From the NCBI GenBank assembly GCA_026770705.1, contig JANJGN010000009.1:163308001-163372000 (forward strand): DNA of 64,000 nt. Reading direction: 5' to 3'. Position numbers and translations under genes: made by a program. Shown piece by piece: positions 53,598 to 64,000 of this stretch; within the stretch, counting starts at the first letter, position 1, and each line of letters starts with the position of its first letter. The notes below the pieces were generated by a model. The model ran no database searches. It was not told the DNA's origin and saw only the letters and a list, made by a program, of their open reading frames with translations. This DNA is from Isurus oxyrinchus. Taxonomy: Eukaryota.

Positions 53598-54320
53598 GGC
53601 CAGAACTTGCCTGTTGGCGATTTGGGGGCGGGGCCCTCTCGCCGAGGGGAAAATGACGAGGGATGATGTCAGGAGGAACCCCCAACGTCATCCCGGTCCA
53701 TTCGAATCGTCAGGAAGGCGGGTGGACAGCGCAATCAGCTGTGTGCCCGCCAACCTGTCAATGGCCAATTGAGGCCACCGACAGGACAATTAAGCCAATT
53801 AAAGGACCTGCCCGTCCAACGTTAAGGCTGGTGGGCAGGCCAGGAACCCCAGCGGGCTTCTGAAAAAACTGGCGGGATGAGGTTTCATGTCCGTTTTTAA
53901 GAACTTTAATGAAGTTTCTGCGCTTCTTATTAACATGTCCCATCTCGTGTGACATTGTCACATGAGGGGGACATGTTAATAATCTTTTTATTTTTCTGTT
54001 TTTCAAAGTTTTTTAGACTGTCAGTAATCTCCCTGAGGCAGCACTTAGTCTCAGGGAGATGTGAGTTCTTTTGTGCGCATTGTGAAAGAGCGCACTCTGA
54101 CGGATGGGGATTCCCTCCCTTCCCCACCCCCACCCCCCCCCCCCCCCCCCCCCCACCCTCGCACAGGAGGCGCATAGCGCTTCCCGTCAAGCAGCCCGCT
54201 GGGCGGGGCCTTCATTGGCCCGCCCACTCAAAATGGCGGCAGGCCCCCTTTCGGCGGCGGGGGTCAGCTGCCTGCCCACCACCACCAAGCCGGTGGGGCC
54301 CGCACACCCATCAAGGGCAA
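53598..54320 (+). mobile_element. Harbinger-family MITE
   Basis: Colinear with 3265-3949; hairpin at 53927-53982. Confidence 0.82.
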
Positions 54321-54324
54321 TGAG

Positions 54325-54457
54325 TGTTTCTGTGTGCATGTGTATGTGTGCACGTGTCTGTGTGCGTGTGCACGTGTCCGTGTGTGTGTGCACGTGTCCG
54401 TGTGTGCGTGTGTGCGTGTGTGGTGTGTGTGTGTGTGGTGTGTGTGTGTGTGTGTGT
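54325..54457. repeat. (GT)n-rich microsatellite
   Basis: Directly visible. Confidence 0.95.
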
Positions 54458-54700
54458 AATATTTACCTTTTAACCTGAAATCTACAAATGTTTCTGTTAA
54501 CTTACTATGAATAATCTCCCATATTCCATTTCCAAAATGAAAATTCTAAATACCTGGCACTAGGTAGCTTATTAGAAATGAGTCTCAGATGTGCAGCCCC
54601 TGGACTGTGGGAAGGGAGGAGACGAAAGTGCAGGTATTTATCTCCTGAATTTGAATGGGAAGGTGTCTTCCTCCATATTTCCAAAAATAAACATATTATA

Positions 54701-54794
54701 GAAGGGTCATGAGGACTCGAAACGTCAACTCTTTTCTTCTCCGCCGATGCTGCCAGACCTGCTGAGTTTTTCCAGGTAATTCTGTTTTTGTTTT
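54701..54794 (+). mobile_element. Truncated Penelope-like insertion with 14-bp flanking direct repeat
   Basis: ATATTATAGAAGGG at 54693-54706 and 54795-54808; body matches 13351-13444. Confidence 0.8.
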
Positions 54795-55452
54795 ATATTA
54801 TAGAAGGGACCTGTCTCGTGTAAGAGTTTACAGGTTGACTGACTGACAGACATTGCATTTTCACTGTCCACAAATAAGTTTAAGTTGCTGCCAAGTGCCT
54901 TTCTGTGTTCCTTCTCTTGGAAACTCGTCTGAAAATGTAGCATTTGTCAGGGTCTCTAACAAATCTCCTGATTGTTATATTATCCCACAAATAAAGACAC
55001 TTCGTAATATTCTGTGTCAAATGAAATCCTTTCGGAATAAAAATGGGTTCTGCTGTAATCATCAAAATAGATTGAACACATTTCACTTTGCTGAAGCTAA
55101 GTTAACTAAAAGCTGATGGTCTTTGGTTTTAAAATAAACTTATTTTATTTTATTGGAAACTGTCCATTTCATAAAGCGCTTATATATTTGGCATATAAGT
55201 GCATATAGTTTACTGAATCAGAAGGCAAAGCAATAAAAACTCATGTAATTCTGATCTTCACTGTGTGTGGATATACATTCAAAACTCATGAAGTTAATGA
55301 GTCCAATTTAGTTTATTTTTCGAGCTAAAGTCCCTTGTCTCTGTTACTTATATTGCTACAAAAGATTACAGTGTAAAGAGGAGATTAATGTTTGAAACAT
55401 GAAGCAGTCTCAGTTCCTTTGAATGATTTTATATTCGTCCCCTTTTGCTCAG

Positions 55453-55544
55453 TTCCATTGTGTGGGATGTGACACGCTGGGCGATCTTTACCTTCCTGCT
55501 GATTGGTGCTGTTTCAGTCACATGGGTGCACGAGAAAATCTAAG
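55453..55544 (+). pseudogene. Gene 2 TM exon (Arg-bearing, frameshifted)
   Basis: SIVWDVTRWAIFTFLLIGAVSVTWVHEKI*; 92 nt versus 91 nt in gene 1. Confidence 0.8.
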
Positions 55545-57983
55545 GTGAGAATTGTGGACTTTATAAGAATCATGACGGAAATTTGCAAGTTTTCCGTAGT
55601 TATTTCAAAAACATTGATCCCAGATATTGTAAGGAAATCCTGCATTAATGTAGATGTCCACAGGATGAAACAAAGTGTTTTTCCGGTTGATTTTGAAGTG
55701 CTACTGATGTTAAGTGGGAAAGATCAAGTGGATTGCTTGTTCTGGATGGTGTCAGGCTTCTTGATCCTTCCTGTAGCTGCATCCATGCAAAGTGATCAGT
55801 CATTTTAGTCCAGGGTCACTTCCACTAATAAATGGAAGTTTCAATTTATCACTGAAGATTTTTGTAACACAATGTAGAATGTCCAGATAATCTGTTTAGG
55901 CCAGAACACTGGGTGAACTCCTCTACTCTTCTTTGAATAATGTCAAGGTAGCATTTTGCACCTAAATAAACATATAGGACTCTCAGATAATGATTCATCT
56001 GACAATAGAACACGATTTCTGTATGGTGTTGAAGTGTCAGCTGAGGTAATGTGTTGCAGTCTCTGGCCAAACAGGTTCAATCCGGGTGACAGAAATCCAT
56101 GTGGCAAGTGTTTTATTTCTAACTGATGCCCCTGGAGTAATTTATCATCTTCAGAACAAATGCAGTGACGCTGTGGATTGGATAACCTGCCCTTTCTGGA
56201 ATGTAAATTGTGGGAATGGGATGAGGAACTTACATAAGAGCATTGACAGACTAAGTGAATGGACAAATCTATGGCAGACGGAGTTCAGTGTGAGGGAGTG
56301 TGAGTTCATCAACTTTGGATCTGAGAAAGACAAATCAGAATTATTTCTTGGTTGTGAGAGATGAGAAGATATGGAGGAATATTGAGGTTTGTGTGTCCAC
56401 ACATCATTAAACTCTAGTGTACAGGCACAGAAAGTAATCAAAAAGGCTAATGGAATGTCGGCCTTTATTTTAAAATTGGAATTCAAAAGTGAAGAAGTTG
56501 TCCAGAGCCTTGGTCAGAGTCCCTCTGGGATTCAGCTGTCAGCTTTGGGTATCGAACCACAGGAAAGATATATTGGCCTTGGAACGGGAGCAGTGTCTCT
56601 TATTCCTCATCATGGGATGTGGACATCACTGGCAAGGCCAGCTTATGCTGCCCATCCCTCATCTCCGCAGCTGAGTGACTTGCTAGGCCATTTCCAAAGG
56701 CAGTTAGGAATCAAACTCATCGCTGTGGGCCTGCAGTCACATGTAGGTGAGACCACATAGGACAAGTGATTTCCTTCCCTAAAGGACATTAGTGAACCAG
56801 ATGGGCTTTTATGACAATTTATGATAGGTTTATGGTCCCCATTAATTTGGTTTTCAATTCTAGATTCATTAATCAGTTGAATATTTTTAATTAATTACAT
56901 TTATATTCCGCCAGGTGCCATGGTAGAATTTGAGCCAATGATCCCAGCACATTATTGTGAGCCTCTGGATCATGAATGACATTACCAGTACTTCCAATAT
57001 CAATGCTCCAGAATGATACAGATGTAAAGGATTAGATTACGAAGAGAGATTGCACAAATTGGCTTGTATTCCCTTAAAATTTGAGGTTGAGGCGTGAGCT
57101 GATTGGGCTATTAACATTTTTAAAGCATTCAATGTAGTAGGTACAGAGAAACTGTTTGCTCATTGTGGAACTGAACACAAGGGGGCATCATCTAAAAATG
57201 AGAGCTAATGTGTATCAGAGTGGAATTAGGAAGCATTTCATCACACACATAGCAGTGAAAATCTGGAGCTGATCCATCTTAAAGGCTGTGGATGCTGGGT
57301 CAATTCAAATTTTCACAGCTCAGATCACAAGGTATTGGGTAAGGATATCGAAGGATATGGTTTGGTGAGTCGTAAAAGGAGTTAAGTTACGGAAAAACCC
57401 AATCTTATCCAACTGAATGGTGCAACAGTCTCAAAGCGTTGAATTAGCTTTCCCTGTGGCTATGTTCCTATGTAACCCATCCATTATAGAACCCTTCCAT
57501 GTTTTAATCCAATCTTACAAAACAGTCAAGACAACAAATGGAAGTGAGAAAATGGGGAAGGCTGAAAAAACAGCCCCAGGGATGATTGTTTTTCAACTTG
57601 AACATGAGGAGACTTAAAATTATGCAGACTGCACCGAGAGGCTGAGACACAGACACAATAGTATCCTTGCTGGAAACAGCAATTGCACTGTATAAAATAT
57701 ATTTAATAAAGTAGCCACAGCAATCTACTTCTGCCCATAACATCAGCTGCAGAGGAGCATTAGTTACCCATGAGAAAATGGTGTTACATCTCTTCAAGAG
57801 GGGCACAACTGATAACTTTTCCCAACACACATGCAATGGGCGAGGAGTGTGATCTCAACACAGCTCCAGTTCATCACAAGCTTTGCCTCAATTTGTTGGC
57901 ATAGCCAGAATTCTGATCAGAACAGACATGTAAAATAATGCATCGTTCTCAGTCTCAATTAATCTGATGATTTTCTGTTCCAG

Positions 57984-58019
57984 ACACTCAACGAATCAGA
58001 TCCTCAGAGCTTGACCTAA
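57984..58019 (+). pseudogene. Gene 2 tail exon (TLNESDPQSLT*)
   Basis: Paralog of 36836-36871 with conserved downstream UTR. Confidence 0.7.
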
Positions 58020-60039
58020 GAGGGAAAATGAAGATTCCGGGGTTACATTTACATTGATGGAACTTTTCATCCTGATCAAATATTCATTATTCATCCAGTT
58101 TGGAACATTTCTTTTAACATTTCTACATAAAAACTGGATTTTGTCATTAAATGATTTTGACTATTAAATTAGCGGAGGAATCAAAAAGCAAAACAATGGC
58201 GGCAAACTTCAAATTGTATATCTAGATCTCGATAATAATTTATCTGTTTGCTGTGTCTAGACAACTGGATTTCTTGTTTTAAGACGATCAAATTCTGTAA
58301 GAAAATGGCAACTTGAATGATTCAATGTAAACCAGTGGCTCCAATAATATGTTCCACGTTTACATGGGATGGAACCTTTATAACAGTGGAATGGGAGACC
58401 CTAATGGTATAAAAAAATGTACTTTTCTTTACTTTTGCAATCTGATGTGATCTTAATGTTATGATGTTATGATTTTTATTCTTATTTTAGCAAATACAAT
58501 CTACACTTGTGAGGAATTCCCTGTTTCCTAATGACCACAAGCGCAGTTTCAAGCACGAAGCCTGATTCCCTGTTTGACCACCTCCTCTCATGCCCCCTCC
58601 ATTGTCTCTGTGCTGTCAGACTGCCTGTCCAGCTGTTTGTCCAACAGCCAGTCCTGGGTCACCCAAAATTACAGTTACACATTGAGAAGACTGAAGCCAT
58701 TTGCCCCCATTACAAACACATTTCCTCGTAGCCACTGACTCTATCCATCTCCATGTCCAATAGAGCCCTCAACCATGCTGTTCTACCTCCACATTCGACT
58801 ACTCCAATACCATCCTAGTTGGCCTTGCATCTTCCACCCTAAATCAACTTAAGCTCATCAAAATCATTGCTGCCAGTTTTACTATGTTAAAGGCTCTCTA
58901 TCGCTGCAAGTTATTGTTCTTGTCCTTGACCCTACCCAGAAGGTAAAAACAGGTTAGACCAGGTCAAGAGCAGCTCAAGATCAAACTGGCCTGACCAGGC
59001 TGGAACTGATTTTTAACTGGTGTCAGTTGGATTTTACTAGAGGGGGCGGTGCAGTTAACTGGTAATTCTACCAGACTCATCAGAAATCCAGTAGGGACTC
59101 CCAGTTGCTGTATAGGCACCAGGACTCTTCAGCTGGAACCATGGCACCTGTTGTCATTTGGACTTGGAGTCAAAGAGGGACCAATGCAAGTACTGAGGTA
59201 TAAACTCTCATTCAGTGGGTAGTGGGGTCTCAGAAGGTTTCAGTATCAGGCTGGGTACTGAAGCCTAAGCACTCAGTTAGTGGGTAATGGGGTCTGAGAG
59301 GTTCAGGGGTCTATTAGACTTCTCCCCCTCAGTCTCTCATTGGGTGTGTTAACACAGGTTCCCCTCCTTCAGTCTATGACTGATTCCTATCCTCAGACTA
59401 TTACCGATAGCACACAGTGTCACTGGGGTTTATACAGGGGATCATGCCATGGTGTGTCTCTGTGTGGGGTTGGTGTTCTGGAGTTCATGCCCTGATGTCT
59501 CTTACTGTGGATTTGATGTTCTGACATTCCTCTCTCTTGTTTGCATCAAGGTCCCCCCCCCCCCCCTCAGATCCTTTCCCCCTCTGAAGGGTCCAGGGGC
59601 AGGGCTGGAGCAGGCAGTGATGTAGGAGTCGGGTGTAGCGGCCCAGTGGTCACGCAGATTACGTAAAGTATTTGGGACTGGTGGGCGAGGATTGAGAGAA
59701 TGGGCAAGTGGGGAGAGAGTGAGAAGGGGGACAGTGCGAGAGAGTGGGATGGGGGAGAGAGAGAGAGAAAGTGGGAAAGTGGGGGAGAGTAAGAGAGAAT
59801 GGGAGAGGTGATGAGAGAGAGAGAGAGAAAGAGAGACCAAGATGGAAAGGTGGGAGAGCGATAGAAGGCGGGAAACTGGAGACAGAGAGAGAGACAGTGG
59901 GAAATGGGGAGAAAGAGAGTGGGAACACGGTGGGCAGAGAGAGAGAGAAAGTGGGAAAGGGTCAGGGTGGGAAGGCCAGGCAGGGGGATCAGGTCAGGGA
60001 CACAGGCCCATGCAAGCACATTCCTGGCAGGCCTGAGGG

Positions 60040-61366
60040 GGAGGGGATGTGTCCAGCCAGGTATGAGGATTGGGTGGTCCTGACTCCCTCCAGGGGAAGG
60101 GGCTGTAGAAGAGAATTGAAAGTGAGAGGGGGGTGAGCCGCAGACTGCTCCGTTGGTCTCACCAGCTCTTTCACCCCACTCCTCCAGTGAGGGGACTCGC
60201 ACGTTTTCTGGCAGAGGCAGCAACAGCCTCAGAGAAGGCGGCAACTGAGGAGGACACGGCAATGGCTGAAGTGGTGGCACAGAAATGGAGGTGGAGGCTG
60301 CAGGTCTGGCAATACGGCAGAGGAGGAGTTGGCAAAGGCAGCGGAAGCAGAGGTGGTGGTGCAGTTGGCAACAGCAGTGGAGTTGGCTGAGGAAGAGGCA
60401 AGAGTGGAGGAGGCTGAGGTGGAGGTGGTGACTGAGGAGGTTGAGGTGGAGGCAGTGACTGAGGAGGTTGAGGTGGAGTCAGTGACTGAGGAGGTTGAAG
60501 TGGAGGCAGTGACAGAGGAGGTTGAGGTGGAGGCAGTGACTGAGGAGGTTGAAGTGGAGGCAGTGACAGAGGAGGTTGAGGTGGAGGCAGTGACTGAGGA
60601 GGATGAGGTGGAGGCAGTGACTGAGGAGGTTGAGGTGGAGGCAGTGACTGAGGAGGCTGAGGTGGAGGCAGTGACTGAGGAGGCTGAGGTGGAGGCAGTG
60701 ACTGAGGAGGCTGAGGTGGAGGCCGTGACTGAGGAGGCTGAGGTGGAGGCAGTGACTGAGGAGGCTGAGGTGGAGGTGGTTGCCGAGGCGATGGAGGTAG
60801 TGAATGTGGGGGTGGAGGAGGAGACATCAGCAGCGGCAGCAGCAGAGACAGTGACTGAGGCTGAGGAGGGGGAGGCAGCGGCTGTGACAGTGACAGAGGG
60901 AGAAGCAGCGAAGGCGGCAGCAGCAAAGGCTGAGGCCACAGTGAGGGAGGCTGTGGAGAGGGAGCTGGAGGTGGGGGCAGAGGCAGCGAGGAGACGGTAC
61001 GAGACCAGGAGCAGCAACAAAACCTGCCTTGTGGTTTGTGAGGCTCAGGGCAATGGCGACTGTGAGTTGATATCTTCCATGTGCCATGTGTGTGTCTCCG
61101 AGTCAGCGCACCGGACCACACTGCTTCTGCCCGATTATGGTGCTTCAGTGGAGTCCGACACCAGTCCAGTGCCACCCAGCTCCCATTCCCGAGGACAGGT
61201 GATGGAACCTGCCCAGTGCCAGGATGAGCTGCTTGGTAAGATCGGGAGGTGGGAAGTAGAGAAGGCAGCCGACCAGGAAAAGCTGGAGGATATCTCCAGG
61301 ATTACTGACTGTCTCCAAGAAGAAACTCTTGTAGCCTTCAGGCAGGGTATATATATGTTTATATAG
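60040..61366 (+). pseudogene. Decayed TRIM-like exon (RING remnant, acidic repeat, B-box remnants, coiled coil)
   Basis: MCPARYEDWVVL, HQLFHPTP, KTCLVVCEA and ELISSMCHVC..SAHR..LLP, followed by a helical E/K-rich segment. Motifs are degenerate. Confidence 0.4.
60405..60790 (+). repeat. 27-bp minisatellite (GAGGCAGTGACTGAGGAGGYTGAGGTG, about 14 copies)
   Basis: Encodes (EAVTEEVEV/EAVTEEAEV)n within ORF 60329-61366. Confidence 0.95.
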
Positions 61367-61939
61367 CTGCAATTTAAAGTTACCTGCCACATCCCTTTTA
61401 ACACTTTCTAATGCAGCATCGCTCTGATCAGAATCAGATTTATTGGGGTTGTGCAAATGTCTCCCCAGCCTCTGATATAACAATAAAAAGCTGCTTTTTC
61501 CTTTCCAGTTGCAGTAAGAGGAATGTCCCAGCCTCTCAATGTGACAGGGCAGCCCAGGACCATGTCTCTCAGTGCAACACCCAGGAACACACACAGTGCA
61601 GCCCCCACATTGATTGTTCCAGTTAGGGAGGGGAAAGCGTGCATGTGGAGTAAGTGTACAATTGGGAAGATATTGATTCTCACAACATTTCCACGGCTTT
61701 AACTCAAACTTTTATTCTGAGTGTTTTGTCTGTAGTCAATTACAAGCAGCGTAGACAATGTCCGTGTTTTAATTGTGTCTGGCTGTCCTCGTTTTTCACA
61801 ATAAAAGTTGCCAGGCTTTTACTCAACCTTTTATTCTGAGTGTTTTTTCTGAGTTTATGGAGATGTAACCTCGTATTCTGCTGAAACTCAGTTTAATTCG
61901 GAGCACCTTCATACACATTATTCTTCATCTGCAGAGGGC

Positions 61940-63050
61940 ACTAGTGAGACCACATTTCGAGGACTGTACAGTACTGGGCACATTATTTAAGGAAGGATAT
62001 AAATGCATTGGAAGCAGTTCAGAGAAGGTTTACCAGGCTAATACCAGGAATGGGTGGATTGTCTAATGAGGAAAGGTTGGACAGACTAGGCTTCTATCTG
62101 CTGGAGTTTAGAAGAGTAAGAGGCGACTTGATTGAAACATATAAGTTCCTGAGGAGACTTGACAGGGTGAGTGCAGAGAGGAAGTTTCCTCTTGTGGGAA
62201 AATGAGGGGTCACCCATTTAGAACACAGATTAGGTGATTTTTTTTTAACTCAGAGGCTTGTGAGTCTTTGGAAATCTCTTCCTGAAAAAGTGGTGAAGGG
62301 GAGTCTTCGAATATTTTTAAGGCAGAGGTGGAGTGGTACAAATCAGCAGTAACTTGTGGCATTTCACGATTCATTGGCTTTTTTCTTCATCGTCAAAAGT
62401 TGCTGACTGATTTTCACATTAAAAGAGGTGTTTGTTGTTCAAACCCCATTATATTTTCAGTAAGTTCTAGCCCATTGTTATAGAGTTGATTTTCTAGGCA
62501 ACTTTTCTGGAGGGAAACATTGAACTTTATTTACAAGACAGCAGCAGCAGCTACATGTGTGTATCTAACTCTATAACTAAAGGAGAACTCCCCGTGGAGG
62601 TTCCCCATGCTGCAAACTGGTTGGTTTACACAGATCATGTTCTCTTACAACAAAGCATTATTCTTAATGTTACAGTCCCACGTTTATTGAAACTATAATT
62701 ATTATATTCCTCACCCTTTAACTTTTCTGTACATTTTGCATTTACAAAGATGTTTATCTTATGACATTAAAATATTTACACAGGTCATGAAATTATAAGT
62801 TCAGTCTTTCAAGTGGTTTCCTGATCCATGTGGAATGTCATAGCTTCACCATCTCTGATTCTCTGACAGGAACCACAGTCTCTGCAATAACATCAGGTAC
62901 CTCATTAGGCACAGGCAGATCAGTGTCGTCCACTCCGACAGAGACATCGGGCATGACTATCCTTGGTTGTACAATTTTAACAGGAACCACAGGTTCAACA
63001 ATGGCTACAGGTGGAACATCATTTTGTGGGGTATCTCCATTCTTTTTAAA
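61940..63050. repeat. Duplicated block: CR1 tail plus Gypsy D 3' end
   Basis: Paralogous to 38820-39230 and 40230-40925. Confidence 0.85.
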
Positions 63051-63324
63051 ACAATCAGGAGCTTACGGGTGATCCTCAAAGATTAGCAAATAAAACCAAA
63101 ATATTAAGAAATCTCTGTATTCAATTGGACAACTAAATTTCGGAAATGAAAAAAATACTTCTGTTCCTGTGGGGTTTGTGGAAATTGGGAGGGGGTTCCT
63201 GTTCTAACTCACCTCACAATTCAGTATCAATACTAGCTCAGCTCATCATTATCCATATGTTCTAACTTTTTAACATTCTTGTTTTCAGGATTTTAAATAA
63301 TTTCAATGAAAATTAGTTTAGTTC

Positions 63325-63531
63325 TTTTGTTAAATATAACTGACAGAAGTTCAAGTTCTTAGGGGTCAGATTTCATCAGCTGCCTTAATGTGGCTTCATG
63401 ACCTGGCTTCCTGCTATCTTCTTCCTCATTTAAATTCCTTGTAACATTTACATTAGACAATTATTTCGATGTGAGAAACAAGAGCTGAGTGTCTGGAAAC
63501 AAGTTCTGTCCTGATCTTTGTGAACAAAACG
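63325..63531 (+). promoter_or_regulatory. Putative promoter/5' UTR of receptor gene 3
   Basis: Near-identical to 19940-20148; the RUNX-like site reads TGTGGCT here. Confidence 0.55.
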
Positions 63532-63568
63532 ATGTGGATTTTGATTCTCCTCATTAGTTCTCTGCCCG
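63532..63568 (+). CDS. Receptor gene 3 exon 1, signal peptide (gene continues beyond the window)
   Basis: Identical to 20149-20185, with GTGAGT donor. Confidence 0.85.
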
Positions 63569-64000
63569 GTGAGTGACAGCCAGAGCTGGATATTCCAATA
63601 ATCTGAGTTGGTTTAAATCTCGTGCGCTGGTTATATAGCAGATGTTTAAATATTTGGAGACATGCAAAGGCACAAAAGAGGTCTTGGGCACAATGGGTAG
63701 TGTCTCTGTATCTGAGCCAGAAGCTCTGTGTTTGAGTCCCACTTCTGTTCTTGTTGAGAATGGAAGGCGCGTTCTAACCAGGCCCAACAGGTTGATTATC
63801 AACCTGAACATCTTCCAACAGACGTAAGGCTGGTGGGAAGAGGGTTTGAGATCCCAGTCCAACATGCTTGATGTGGAGTGGTGCCACTCATTCTGTTGTC
63901 TCCGGAGGTTAGTGACCTGTTCCGGGGAAAACAAGCTTTGGAATGCAAAAGTAAAATATGCTTTGTCCGCCGCATCCGTCTCTAGATGTGGGAAGTCTCC

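Larger units (their letters stand above)
47805..58019 (+). pseudogene. Receptor gene 2 (CD300/MDIR-like), probable pseudogene
   Basis: Promoter retained, but about 200 bp including the leader exon is deleted at about 47958. V exon 51559-51864; no C2 exon; TM exon 55453-55544 has a +1 frameshift to TAA; tail exon 57984-58019. Confidence 0.8.

Noticed and set aside
60405-60790. CRISPR-like array
   Set aside because: No unique spacers; this is a eukaryotic minisatellite.
60171-61175. Pro-rich and Ser/Thr-rich minus-strand ORFs (extensin/mucin-like)
   Set aside because: Antisense by-products of the 27-bp repeat.

Overview
Eukaryotic, repeat-rich vertebrate DNA. The repeat families and receptor type suggest a cartilaginous fish (shark); this is an inference. 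The host content is a + strand tandem cluster of Ig-superfamily immune-type receptors of the CD300/pIgR/TREM (skate MDIR-like) group. Gene 1 is reconstructed here as an intact 6-exon gene (leader 20149-20185, IgV 22654-22971, IgC2-like 26345-26668, stalk 29410-29485, TM 30421-30511, tail 36836-36871; 293 aa). It has an Arg in the TM and a short motif-free tail, which points to an adaptor-coupled activating receptor. Gene 2 (about 47800-58019) is a paralog with its leader exon deleted, no C2 exon and a frameshifted TM exon, but its V exon is still open and divergent. Gene 3 begins at 63532 with an identical leader exon and continues beyond the window. The rest is nested TEs: two facing Gmr1-type Gypsy LTR elements (integrase before RT is seen directly in one), two other Gypsy elements, a solo LTR, three two-gene PIF/Harbinger transposons, five related MITEs, CR1-type LINEs, tRNA-derived SINEs and Penelope ends with minimal hammerhead-ribozyme motifs. 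There is also a decayed TRIM-like exon containing a 27-bp coding minisatellite and a 329-nt assembly gap. All assignments come from manual reading; no database search was run.
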